DNA of 38,287 nucleotides from Octopus bimaculoides (lineage: Eukaryota): NCBI RefSeq assembly GCF_001194135.2, contig NC_068984.1, positions 134,489,006-134,527,292 on the forward strand, given 5' to 3'. Under the pieces are notes generated by a model. It made no database searches, was not told the DNA's origin, and saw nothing but the letters and a program-made list of their open reading frames with translations. Position numbers and translations under genes: made by a program. Of this stretch, positions 1 to 13,022 are shown one piece after another. Every line of letters starts with the position of its first letter. Position 1 is the stretch's first letter.

Positions 1-500
1 TCATCATCTTCATCATCATCAGCGACACTACTCCCACCGTCACCCTAACCACCATCAAAGCTCAGGCGACCTAAACGACGATAAGCAAAGATAAGTCAGA
101 AAGAAACGAAGTAAAAGAGAACGAAATTAAGAAATGTTTACAGATGCTCTCAGATTTGCGATTTCACTTGTTTGTTGAATGGTTCAGAGAGTAGAGTAGA
201 GAGTGAGTGAGAGAATGGAAGGGCTGTCGAAGAAGGATGGATGGATGGTTGGATGGTAAAGGGGGGGGATGCATTGGGGGAATAAAGAAAGATTAATGGA
301 AATAAATAACAATATACAAAGGTAAAAAGAAAAATAGAAAAGAAAAAAGAAGAAGGAAATGAAGAAGATGAAAGAAGAAAATAAATAAGAAGAAATACAA
401 CACGCTGAAAAAAGTTGAGAGAAAGATCAGTTTAATTTCCCTTCAAACCGGGACTGGCAACAGCGTTGGGGAAACGATCCTACTGTAACAAGATTAATCG

Positions 501-558
<58 letters not shown>

Positions 559-598
559 TAATAATAATAATGATAATAATAATAATAATGATGATAAT
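501..598. repeat. (AAT)n microsatellite
   Basis: About 32 near-perfect AAT units; explains the poly-Leu ORF 427..612. Confidence 0.97.
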
Positions 599-777
599 AT
601 TTTCTTTATCATTTATTTAGTTATTTATTTACTTAATAATTACATAGGTAAGCGAATAGAAAAATGGAATATAAAAAGAAAGCTGCATGTAAAGAAGAAA
701 TACGAGGAATATTCCGTTTTCTTTTTAGAGAGATGCTATGTACGAATATAAGAGAGAGAGTGCCAGAGAATTGAAGA

Positions 778-778
778 G

Positions 779-833
<55 letters not shown>

Positions 834-868
834 GAGGGAGAGAGAGAGTGAGATAGATAGATAGATAA

Positions 869-912
<44 letters not shown>
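778..912. repeat. compound (AGAT)n/(AG)n microsatellite
   Basis: Seen directly in the sequence. Confidence 0.95.
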
Positions 913-916
<4 letters not shown>

Positions 917-1626
917 GAGTAAGAGCGTGTGAGGAGAAGAGAAGTAGAAAATAATGAAAACAAGAAAAATGATGAAAAAAGAGATGAATGATTTTCAGGA
1001 ATCAATTATGAAGTTTTTTTTTTTTTTACCTTTGCGTATAAGGTTATAATTTTATTGGAATAGAAGCTTGTAAAGCACGGAAAAAAAATTTTTANNNNNN
1101 NNNNAAAAAAAAAAAAAAGAAGAAACAAAGCGTGGAAGAGAGAAGGAGACAAAGAGGTATAGTGAAAGAGTGGAGGGAGGAAGGGAGGGAGTGGGGCTGA
1201 AAAGAATAGATGTTGATAAACACAAAATAAGAGGTTTTGAAATGGAAAAAATATCGAGTTGCGTAAAAACGTTTTTCTATTCCTAATCGCACTACATGAA
1301 GACATTAATGAAACACCTGACATCGTTGTAATATTGAATAGAATCTTGCTTCTGAAGGATTTTGTACGCTCATCATGCTATATTTTAGATTCAGACTTAA
1401 TTATTCTACCAAAATCTACACACATATCACAGACGTAAATATATGTACACACACATACTTACACTTTATACGAACAGCATATGCATCATTACGCAGACAA
1501 ATAAACATGTTATATACACCACACTATATAACCGCACATTTTATAGAACTACACAAATATATAGACGCATCTAACCGTACACCACAAACGTAAATAATAT
1601 GCACACACACATATTTACATATATCT

Positions 1627-1795
1627 TTTATCTCTATCTTTTACTTGTTGCAGTCATTAGACTGCAGCCATGCTGGGGCACTGCCTTGAAGAGATTTTAG
1701 TCCATCTTCTGGTCTATCTTCCTCTCTCGCCGAACTGCTAAGTTACCGAGATTTAAACAAACAGCACCACTTGTCAAACGGTGGTGGGAGACAAA

Positions 1796-1838
<43 letters not shown>

Positions 1839-1945
1839 ACACACAGAGTTTCCATCCACCAAATCCACTTACAAGGCTTTGGCCGGCCCTGCTATAGTGG
1901 AAGACACCTGCCAGGGACTGAATCTCGAACCATGAGGTTGGGAAA
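1627..1945 (-). mobile_element. tRNA-derived CORE-type SINE with internal (CA)n and tail, head truncated
   Basis: The head (aaatccacttacaaggctttggccggccctgctatagtggaagacac) aligns with the copies at 19973-20130 and 38088-38250. The tail cagtcattagactgcagccatgctggggcactgccttgaag is the reverse complement of the tail at ~4420-4480. Confidence 0.85.
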
Positions 1946-2613
1946 CATATAGAAACAATATCGTATATGCGGCAGTATGTCAAGACACTTATAGAACTAC
2001 ACAAATACAGCGATGCATTTTAGATATCACACGGCAAACACACACAAACACACACACACACACACACACACTCATATCACTGACATGCCATCAACGCTAT
2101 TGAAGTATTAGAAACTACTTTTGAAATACAAAACGAAACCTTAGACCGAAAAAAATATGGGTTAACTTGAAAATTTGAGAACGTATTTCAGCATATTGGA
2201 ACAAACATTTTATCTCCAGCAGAAATATACATAAACATATCTACTGGATGCCTTTCAAAATATAAACTAGTTTCTCTCTATAAGAATTGTTTAAGTTTGT
2301 AAAATGTTTAATTTTGTGCAATTTATTTGCCTCGTTGACGATTCCAAATAAGGATGAAATGCGTGGCTACCAACAACTTAAAAAATCTTGACAAACTTTA
2401 TAATGTATAGGAAAAACTAATACTAAATCTGTATATTCTCTGCACTTTATGCTTTACTCTTTGATTTCAAACTTCCAAACCCAACTCGTCTTAATCTAGA
2501 AAGTATTGTCTTTCCTATGGTAGCTGACCATCATTGGTATACCATGTATATATCCTATTACCTTTCTTAAATAAATTTTCGTTTTTGAAATAGTCTTTCT
2601 TTCGTTTATGTGA

Positions 2614-2749
2614 GTTTTTATTAGTTTGTATACGTCTCAGTGAAAGCTCCAATTCTTTGAGGAAGCTGTATCTTTGNNNNNNNNNNGTTTTTATTAGTTT
2701 GTATACGTCTCAGTGAAAGCTCCAATTCTTTGAGGAAGCTGTATCTTTG
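2614..2749. repeat. 63-bp exact duplication across a 10-N gap (probable contig-overlap artefact)
   Basis: 2614-2676 is identical to 2687-2749, separated only by 10 N. Confidence 0.85.
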
Positions 2750-3454
2750 TCTGCGCACGTATGCGTTCATGTGTGTGTGTGTGCGTGTGTGTGTGTGTTA
2801 CATTACATTGTAAAAGTAGTGTTTTTTTTTCTGAGTACAAACTGAAATGGAAACCTATTTTTGAAAGACACCGACCAGAAATAACTGGTTTAACTTACAA
2901 ACGGAGACGATTGAATAAACTTGAGAAGTTTAAATTCAGTTTTGTGTCTGCATTCAATTGAAAGCCTTTGTTTTTGTAATTTAATATTTTCTCACTCATT
3001 CTGTGTAGAAGTATATTATCTTAAGACTAAATACGTTGACTGTAAATTTCCTTCTCCACTTTTCTACCACCTTCATACGCATACACATTTCAAGAAATTA
3101 TCGATCCGTTTTTTCTTCAAATTCTACTTCTTTTCTTGTAGATGGTGATATATCTTAACAAATCATTGAATAATCTAAAAATATATATCTTCAATAGGAA
3201 TGCCACTGTTATTTCTCAACTCCGTTTTAAAGATGAATGAAGGGTGAATGAATATTGTCTAAATATAGAGAGAATTTCGACACCTTCACGAGAAAGATAA
3301 TGTTATTGTTATGTTATTGTTTGAAACATTTTAGAATGGAATCAATCATTCTGTGATGAAATAGCAATGCGCCAACTACGATTAAAATTTAGTCCAAGCC
3401 AAAAGCAATGGTCTTCTAGCAGAGTTTCTCTGAGAATATCTTGTGTGATATACG

Positions 3455-3525
3455 TACATACATACATACATACATACAAACATACATACATACATGCATA
3501 CATTCATGCATACATCCATACATAC
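3455..3525. repeat. (TACA)n microsatellite
   Basis: Seen directly; degenerate. Confidence 0.9.
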
Positions 3526-3594
3526 AAACAAATGGCGCCGTCAACATCGGACGCTTAGGCGTTGAGAACTGTTTAACATTTCTTCAACGTTTTT

Positions 3595-4144
3595 GCCGAG
3601 TGTTTGGGTGTCAATCTAAGGACAGTGCAATCTGAGGACATGTACCGAGAGTGATAAAAATCAAACATCCAGTCAACATCATGGTATTTGGAGTGGTCAC
3701 TGGTGATGGCGACGTTATGCCTCCATTCATCTTCCCACACTGCCTGAGGCTCAACACAGAAGCCTACATCAACTGCTTGGAGGAGGTACTGCTGCTCCGG
3801 GTCAAGACGGTAGCTGCTGGAAGACCCTATGTCTGGCAACAGGGTCTGCACCATGCCACACACAAAAGAGAACCCAGTCATGGCTGTCAGACAATTTCTG
3901 CGACCTCGTCAACCCTAACATCTAGCCACCTAACTCGCCAGACTGTAACCCCTTTTATTATTATGTGTGGTGAGCAGTTGAGCAAGAGACCAACAAAATT
4001 CCTTGTCACACCAAAGATGAACTGAAGGCAAGGATTATGGCAGCATTCACCAACTTAAACAAAGAGACCGCTCAGAAGAGTTGCAGAAGATTCCGAAGTC
4101 GCTTGGAGGCCGTGGTTGAAGCCAATGGCGATTCTATTGAATAA
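3595..4144 (+). pseudogene. DD37D transposase pseudogene
   Basis: Frameshift at the second catalytic Asp, in-frame stops at 3923-3925 and 3971-3973, and the third Asp position reads Tyr (tat 3956-3958). Confidence 0.9.
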
Positions 4145-4264
4145 ATTTACTCACTGGTATTTCAAGATATTTTTATGTAATTTTGGTAAATATATCTGTT
4201 AAAATGTCAGTGTTATTTGCATTTTTGCGTAATTTAGACGACAGTTCATTCACCGCACCCTGTA
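3595..4264 (+). mobile_element. internally deleted, inactive Tc1/mariner DD37D (maT) transposon, right arm
   Basis: An HTH remnant AECLGVNLRTVQ is joined to VPRVIKIKHPVNIMVFGVVTGDGDVMPPFIF...RPYVWQQ-[D lost by -1 frameshift at 3843]-SAPCH...WLSDNF...I*PPNSPDCNPFY...RLEAVVEANGDSIE* (stop 4142-4144). Exactly 37 codons (3845-3955) separate the 2nd and 3rd catalytic positions. A TIR-like end ...caccgcaccctg is followed by TA (4263-4264). Confidence 0.92.
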
Positions 4265-4278
4265 CACACACACGTACG

Positions 4279-4325
<47 letters not shown>

Positions 4326-4348
4326 ACGCACACGCACACGCACACACA
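4263..4348. repeat. (CA)n/(CACG)n microsatellite
   Basis: Begins at the TA adjacent to the transposon end. Confidence 0.92.
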
Positions 4349-4476
4349 TGCAAGTGTTTGTGTGTTTGTCCTCCACCGCAAAATGACCACTGCGGTCGAC
4401 TCATTCGAATAAAAATTCTTCAAGGTGGTGCCCCAGCATGGCCACAGTCTAATAACTGAAATAAGTAAAAGAAAGA
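4349..4476 (+). mobile_element. 3' tail fragment of the same SINE family as 1627-1945
   Basis: aaggtggtgccccagcatggccacagtctaataactgaaataagtaaaaga matches the reverse complement of 1635-1690. Confidence 0.8.
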
Positions 4477-6433
4477 TTCTTGCGTGTATGTACATAGCAC
4501 AAGTTAAATTTCTAGATTATTACATATATCTCAACAATAGTTCCCTTAACTACTTGACTTCGTAATTTCCTAATTAGCCGTGCACTTCGTGGCTTTGTGA
4601 AACTTATACTCCCAAATCAGTGCTGCAGCAATTAGTTACATGACCAAGAGATTCAATAATCATTGGCATAAATCTAAAATTATCGCCAGTTTTCTCATTA
4701 ATTAAGCACAGATGTTTTTTCCTTTCTTGCTAATTTAACATTGTGTTTACGTCTATTTTACAACTGAATTCTACAGTTTGTTATTTCCCTTCCCAATCAT
4801 TATAATAATGATCTTCGGAAACATCTTTTCTAGTAGAGATTGCATTGTATATGTTTTAACATCATGCTTCGCAAGTAAACGATACTGTGTTATCATTTTC
4901 GGGCAGATATTTATGATGTGGGTCTTATCTTCGGTGTTGATTTTCAGAGTCTGCGTAAGTTGGTACATCTAGGGATTTTACCAGCATTTTATTTTGTGCA
5001 TCAGCTATTGTTGTTAATTACTATTCATTAATTGCAAAAATATGCCCTTCAAAGTGAATATTCGCTAACATCTACTTTGGTTATCAATGTTAGTCTCAGA
5101 GCGGAGTTGCCTGATAACATAGCCTGATAATCTTCTGCTGATAAGCAGAAAGCCTTTTATCTGATGTTCTGCTGCGCAACATTCCTGGGTGTGTATTTCT
5201 GGCCATTAACCAGGTAATACATACCAGGCTGTTTCTTTCCAACTCACATGAAGCCTTTGGCTTCATTTCTGAAGACTTGAGCCATAGATGCATTTCGAGG
5301 CTTAGTGATACTATCGCAAGGGTAGGAATCGAACAAACCTAAAGGGTCGGTGGTCACGTTTGGTAACAGTAATGTGTTTTGGATGTGACCTGACCAGCAC
5401 ATTTTACTTTAAAATGACCGAATTCACATATCTACCAATAGTTCTAAACACTCTATGAGCTCATAAATTACTGTTCTGTTCATATAAAAAGGAAGCCACT
5501 ATAATTATTTAATGAAAGATTGATTAAATACACTCATTTACTTAAAACAACTAAAAATATTTGAGAAGTACTATCCTTGTTTTTTGAACTGCAGCAAGTG
5601 GAATGAACAGCTGTGATTTATAAGTACTTTGTTTACCAGTTCTAACGGTTAAACTATTTTAGAGCAAGATTACAAACATAAAATTCATCAACTCATTTGC
5701 CCCGTGGTGTAAAATGTATGTTTATTCAGTTCAAATCTAGTCAGGTGATCGTAACATTTACGATTGTAACATTTACGTTTAATTGATTGCTTCCACGCGT
5801 ATGAATTGTAATAGAATTTTAGGGGACGGGAAACACAAGTTATCATGTCTATGTATTTTATCAGAAAATTATTGGTATAAAGGAAGGGAAAGGATATCAA
5901 TTCAGATTCGAAAACGAACCCTCTTGTACAGTACTTGCCTTATGGATTTTTAAGGAATTTGCCATATCTATTTCTTTCATATGTTGTTTGTATTATCGCA
6001 TCGATCTCACCAATCTAGGTGAGCGAATATACAAACACTATGACTACTGCCCTTCCTAAAATAATTAGTGTCTACTAATCACCATGTTCTTTGTATTTGA
6101 GAAAAAATTATCACTCTTAGCAAAATTTCACATCGAAAAGGAATAAAATCATATTAGTTACAAAACATATCTAACAAAACTATTTTAATCATCTCTAAAC
6201 CATATAGAATTATAGTGTTTGTGAAATGTATGCTAAGAGCATACATATTCAAGAATATAGATAAGTTTGAGTCATAAAAGTATAATGGATCAAGGCTATC
6301 AATAAATTTAAGACGGAACTATAATGTATTCTGCTTATGTACTAAAACGTGTTAAATATTAGTTAGATCAGATGATTAACGATGTATTTAGGAGTTATTG
6401 AGATGTGCTGTGCTCAAAGCTAGTAGACGCTAA

Positions 6434-6456
6434 ACACACACACTCACACACACACA

Positions 6457-6537
<81 letters not shown>
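6434..6537. repeat. (CA)n microsatellite
   Basis: About 50 CA units. Confidence 0.97.
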
Positions 6538-6539
<2 letters not shown>

Positions 6540-8068
6540 GGTCACTAATATATGTCATATTTGTATTAGAAAAGAATTAAAGAAAATGTTATCAAATGTT
6601 AAATTATCTTCAGAGTTATTTTCTTGACTTGATTAGGAAGTGGAGTGGATTAGGAAGTTAGGTAAAATAGAGGCTTTACCTAATTTATGATAAAGTAAGC
6701 AGAAAACGTTAGTTAATATGAATAACATTTAACGGCGTTTTGTGAGACAGAATTTGTGGGGGAAAAATATGGTGGAAACTATTCTATTAGACAAGGTTTC
6801 TCATAAAGAAGCTTATATTTGTTATTAACACCACTGAAACCTTTCATTGGATTTTATAAATTTAAGTACGACAGGTCGATATGCAAAAGTAAAACATTAC
6901 TAATAGAAATGACCTCCTAATGTTGTTAAATATAAAGCCGATCAAAAGACAATTCCATCTTATGAATGTAAAAGTTAAACATGAAGTAGAATATAAATGA
7001 ATGGCAGAATTTACAAACGGATTATAGGATAACAGTATTGTACACTCTAAAATCCCTCAGATTCCTGGCAGGATTTTAATGTAAATACTGCGGTCCAGGC
7101 CAAATATTTACATTTGCAGTGGCAGCTTACCTTAAGAATTGTCTCCATAAAGAAATAAACATACACCATTATGAGTTTCGTTTAGACCTGAGAAGCTGTG
7201 TTAATAAAATGTTTTACAAGGATTATCAGACGTCAATATATTGATCCTGACTTTAGATATTAATCTTTGTCAGGTTAGTTTTGACTTGGTAGTGATATCG
7301 CCGTTTAGCCATGGGAATGTTGAAAAAAAGTGAAAGTTGTTTCAATGGCGCCTGCAGTTGAACTAATCTTCATTGCTCAGAAACACATAATGTCAGGATG
7401 TGATTTAGAACTTCATACTCGTACAAATTTTTCTGATAATAGCTCCTTACATATACTTAGTACTATACTTAGTTCCTTCAAACCGTTGTGAGTAATGGAT
7501 ATTTCTAAATCCTAATCTAGCTCCAATAATATAACTAGTGTTTCTTTATCGACTGAATTAAGTCTCTACTGACTTAAAGAAAATTGAATTCTTAAGTACT
7601 GTAGCAGAACAATTTTGGTTTACTTCGAGTTATCTATGCCAGCTGAGAAACGCGAATTCAATACTGAAAGTTAACAAAACATCCATTAATTGCCTATCTC
7701 CCCAATCAAATCTTTCAGAAGACAGCTATATCCACTCCATGTTACGTCAAACTGAAGGGGATTAACAAGAAATTAGTGTCTCGATCACTTAGCGAGTGAA
7801 GTGCCGGTGCTGGAAGACGAGTACCTTCAGATGGTAGTCAGACATTTTAACGACTCAGTCGTCTGCACTATCCATTCTATTCAAAGATTTCTAAATAATC
7901 ATTATTAAATAATTCCAGTACAATAATTTCATTGCAGTCTAATATAAAGGGTGTCTAAGACTCATGTTTGTTTTAATCTTCCGCATTCATTGAAAACTAT
8001 GGTTTCAGATTTTTTTTTTATTTCTCTGGTGAGTGCCAGTATAGCAATTTGTGCACCACCACCACAAC

Positions 8069-8156
<88 letters not shown>
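8069..8156. repeat. (CAT)n microsatellite
   Basis: About 29 perfect units; source of the poly-Ser and poly-Asp ORFs. Confidence 0.97.
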
Positions 8157-8158
<2 letters not shown>

Positions 8159-8380
8159 ACAGCAGCAGCATTAAATACTGGAGTACTATAAAGCAGCACC
8201 GTTATCGAGAACAATAACAATAAAAACAACGGTACCGACAAAAATAATCAGCGTTTCAAAACGAAAATCATTGATTAATGCAACACCAACATCAAAGACA
8301 GGTCGAAGAGTAATTACGGTTACAACGCGAACAACAGGAGCACTAACAAGACTTTAATAACAGCTGCAAAAATAAGATCC

Positions 8381-8411
<31 letters not shown>

Positions 8412-9492
8412 CGGAAGCATAAATAACAATAACAAAAACAACAAAACAACGGAAACAAAAACACTATAGCCGACAATAGCTATAACAATAACATTAAAAA
8501 AAAAATGGAGACTACAACAAAAATCAGTTTGAATAGCAACAACGTTAATAAGAAATCCAATAGCAACCATAGAGAATGACAAGAATAGAAAGAACAGATA
8601 CGATAAACATTACTACAACTCTTTAAAAAAAAAAAATCATTAAGAAAAAAAAACAAAAAAACTGCAAAAACAATATCAACAGCAACACCAACATACCACC
8701 AGCAATAGCAGTAACAACAGCAATCAGAAGAACACCAGAAGAGGGGAGAGGCTTTTGTCTGGAGACTGTTGTATTATGATTGTAATGAAAACTAGATGTA
8801 AAAAATATAAAAGAAAATATTGCAGACATACAAGTAAATCTTTGTTTTTATTTCCTTCCACCAAAGGATTATTAACCTTAATATTTCTTCAAAGCTCAGT
8901 TTCTACATTCAACGATATTCTTCAGCATCCACTAACTCTCTTTTATATTATCATCTATTTACTCTTTCTCCAAGAATACATATAGCAAAAATAGATTCTT
9001 TACAAAATGAATTCCATGAAAGACTGGAGAGAAGCACGTTCTGTTTGAGAATTAAGAAGAGTTTTTGAAAACGATATTTTACTATAGTGTCCGAGAAAAT
9101 TATTTCATATCTTGACTGCAAATTAACATTTTTTTCTTTTCTTTAAAAAAAAAGAAAGAAAAACAGAAAGAAACGGAGTTATTTCTAATTACGAAATATA
9201 AGTAGAGATTTCTAAAAATAAATAAATAAATAAATGTTGTTCATTTTCAATTGTCTTCATGATTTGCGAGGAAAAAAAAGAGAGAAAGAAATATTTCCAT
9301 TATTTGATTCTTAGAAAACTATACACCACAGAGACCAGGTAAAACTAATTTTAATATAATTTTTTCATGAATGTGTCTAGAAATGAATACACAAACATAA
9401 ATGAATAAATAGGTATATTTCAATATAGACACACAAATATATATAATATTACTAGTAATATAATATATATACACATATACTTACCAACAACA

Positions 9493-9542
<50 letters not shown>

Positions 9543-10525
9543 NNNNNNNNNNNNNNNNNNNNNNNNNNNNNNNNNNNNNNNNNNNNNNNNNNNNNNNNNN
9601 NNNNNNNNNNNNNNNNNNNNNNNNNNNNNNNNNNNNNNNNNNNNNNNNNNNNNNNNNNNNNNNNNNNNNNNNNNNNNNNNNNNNNNNNNNNNNNNNNNNN
9701 NNNNNNNNNNNNNNNNNNNNNNNNNNNNNNNNNNNNNNNNNNNNNNNNNNNNNNNNNNNNNNNNNNNNNNNNNNNNNNNNNNNNNNNNNNNNNNNNNNNN
9801 NNNNNNNNNNNNNNNNNNNNNNNNNNNNNNNNNNNNNNNNNNNNNNNNNNNNNNNNNNNNNNNNNNNNNNNNNNNNNNNNNNNNNNNNNNNNNNNNNNNN
9901 NNNNNNNNNNNNNNNNATATATATATATATATATATATATACATGTGGGCGCCTTTGCGATGTGTGTATGTGTCTGCATTTGTTTGTATGATTGTACATG
10001 TGTGCAATCATACATGCATTTGAATGTATGATTCTGCACAAGTACAAACATATGCTGATATCTATATATAGGCGTAGCCTTTAAATTGAGTATCAAGTGC
10101 TCTTTCATAGTTAGGATTTCATTTCGTGTTTGCAGGATTGCCTTTCATCCAAGATAAAAGGTAAAATAAATAAGAGATACAATCAATCATAATGATTTTC
10201 CTCCAAAACAAGTCTTCTGAAGCATCATATAAAGAAGCACTTTTTATGTGGTGTTATATTTACTAACCCCTTGCTTCTAAAGCTAGTTTTAAGTCGCACG
10301 AAAAGTAATATGGCACACTTTTAGCACCAGTGTTTCCATTTTCCTCTCTAACTTCTTTTGCTTATGCTCAAAGTTAATCTTTCCAGTGGCAGAGTTTTCG
10401 GTTTTATTGTCTTAAATACACGTAGTCTCATCTATCACCGAGGTACACTTAGTACGGAGTGATCTGTGATAAGCGTAGGTTATGATTTTACCACAAAATG
10501 CGTTCCGGTTACCATCCATAATATT

Positions 10526-10737
10526 AATTTTCTACTCTAGGCACAAAGCCCAAAATTTCTGGAGAGGGGGTCAGTCGATTAGATCGACCCCAGTACGCAA
10601 TTGGTACTCATCGACCCCGAAAGGATGAAAGGCAAAGTCGACTTCAGCGGAATTTGAACTCAGATCGTAAAGACAGACAAGATACCGCTAAGCATTTCAC
10701 CTAGCGTGCTAACGTTTCTGCTAGCTCGCCGCCTTCT
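10526..10737 (-). mobile_element. full-length tRNA-derived SINE (second family) with 12-bp TSD
   Basis: The minus strand starts aaggcggcgagctagcag, with a B-box-like tctgagttcaaattcc and core gcctttcatcctttcggggtcgat..gtacc. TSD atccataatatt at 10514-10525 and 10738-10749. Confidence 0.92.
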
Positions 10738-11260
10738 ATCCATAATATTCAGTTACTTAGAACACACTGATTATCACTTGTGTGTCAATCACTTTTATGC
10801 GAGGCTGAGTATGTTTTGTACTGGTTTACCCACTCGTATTCATCAGTGAATAGAAAAAAAAATATAGAGAGACGCCTGATCCTAACAAACGACGTAGTCG
10901 AATGTATTCTCTACAGGAAAGAGTAGAGATGATGAAGAACATACGTGACAGTGAATTTGCCATTCGTTCTATTTACAAAGTGCATGGAGATGATTCATTT
11001 ATCACTCATTCATTTATCATTGTTTCTTGTTTTTTTTCTTTTGGAATCAAACCCATGTGATAAACGAGGATAGATGTATATTACTGATGAAATACGTGCC
11101 AGTAATGTAATTGACCAAGTGTTTAATCAACTATTCTCGTTTTCTATAAATGTGTGACCTTGTTGAAAGTTAGAAATCGTTATTCAGACTACATATTACG
11201 TGCTCAACGTTCTGCATGCTATTCAGTATTGATTTTTATATCTTATTTTCCCGAAGCTGT

Positions 11261-11583
11261 GTCATTAGAGCGTTGGATGTAATGTATTGCCGTATTCGCT
11301 CTGGCATTTAGCATTCTGAGTTCAAATCCCACCAAGGGTAAGGTTGCCTCTCGATGTTACAGGGTCCATGAATCAAGAACCAGAATCGTTACCGTACCAG
11401 ACCATATGCTTAGCTGCATTTCTTCCAGCCTTTTGTTCTGAGTTCAAATTTTGCCGAGGTCAACTTAGCTTTTAATCCTTTCGGGATCGATGAAATAAGT
11501 ACCCATTGAATACTGATGACAATGTCATCGACTAGCTTCCATCCCCCAAATTTACAGGTCTTGTGCCTATTGTAGAAAAGATT
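11261..11583 (+). mobile_element. two head-to-tail copies of the second SINE family (first truncated)
   Basis: The B-box-like tctgagttcaaat occurs at 11315 and 11437. The second copy continues through atcctttcgggatcgatg to ttgtgcctattgtagaaaag. Confidence 0.8.
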
Positions 11584-12895
11584 TTAATTATCACCAGCAT
11601 GATGGCTGCTAAGAGACATGTTTTACCTTTCAGACAAGGAATAAAAAATTATTATTATTAAAAATGTAGTGCTTTGAATTTGCATATATCTAATTTGTGC
11701 ATAATTCATTTGTCATACATACTTAGACATACTTAGAATCAAGTAAATATATATCCCCAGTTAAGGTCATTTCGATCCACGTACGTTACTAATGCCTTTG
11801 AAAATAGCATGGATATCAGATAATCTTATCTGAAACTGTGCTATGAAAGAAAATCAATATATTATGTTGGTATTTATTATGGATAAGCCAGTGGTATAGC
11901 TCTCTCATATACAACATGCCAGCTCATTCCTAAGGCTAGTTTGTATTATGAATTCCGAAATCATTGTTCCTTATGTGCAATGTTAACTGCATTGACCGAT
12001 TGAATAATCCCTTATATTAAGGTCACAAGTTTATATCTCGTTGATTATATTACTTTGCTGATTAAGAAGTCATTATTCCTTATGGGCAATGGATTTCATA
12101 TATTGACCAAGTGCATAAAGTATAGCGTTCCGTTTGTTCAGGTCGTGAGTTCATATTGCTCTACGGATGATGCATGGCGTTTCTCAGTGAGACAATTTTA
12201 CTGCTTGCTGAAGGCTTTTTGCCTCTATAGATATCATTATTCATTGCATAATTGGATAATAATTCATGTTTTGTTTCGTTATTTCTAATCACAGTCTAAG
12301 AGATCTAAGTTTAAGTCCTTACAGAAGTAGCTACAAGAACTCGGTATATATTGCCAAGTAAAGAACTCACACCATTAATTCCCGAATCACTTTGATCCTT
12401 TGACATCAAATTACTTAGTTTCTGTCTTTAAATAGTTAAATTTATGATTAACCTATATCGTATAGGAAGGTATATCGGCTCATTAAACATTGAAAGTCTT
12501 TGAAGCTGATAAGAGAAAGCGAAATATAAGTTGTGACAAGTAAAATAACAGTAAGATAACAGGCTGTGAGATGAAAGCTATATAGATAAATAAACACAAA
12601 TGCACGAACAAGAACACGCACATACACATATACCAGTAAACGTATGTGTATGAGAACGGGTATGGGCACATACACATATGGTTGCCTATGCGTACATACT
12701 CGTACACATATGTGTGTGCATGTGTACGAGTATGTGCACATACACATACGTGTACCTGTTCGTACATACCCGTACACATACATATTCATATTTTAGAATA
12801 GAATAAGAACTGTTTAGCTAGTTTACATAAAAATATTTGAAAGATGGATTAAGGACATGAAAGAAGATAGAATAAGAGAGGGGAAACAAGAGCAG

Positions 12896-13022
<127 letters not shown>

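Noticed and set aside
2614-2749. Perfect 63-bp tandem duplication
   Set aside because: The copies are separated only by a 10-N placeholder, typical of an unmerged contig overlap. It is not treated as biological.
4560-4970. Protein-like minus-strand translation (e.g. NTVSFTCEA, TVEFSCK, HLCLINEKTGDNFRFMP)
   Set aside because: Stops occur about every 15-25 codons, as expected for random AT-rich DNA, and no family is recognised.
8899-8927. CUGAAGA...GAAAC on the minus strand resembling a hammerhead core
   Set aside because: No G10.1-C11.1 pair, no GUH triplet or stem III, and no stem I.
10815-10850. CUGAUGA on the minus strand followed by a short hairpin
   Set aside because: No GAAA after the hairpin (it reads GUAAAC), and no stem I or III.
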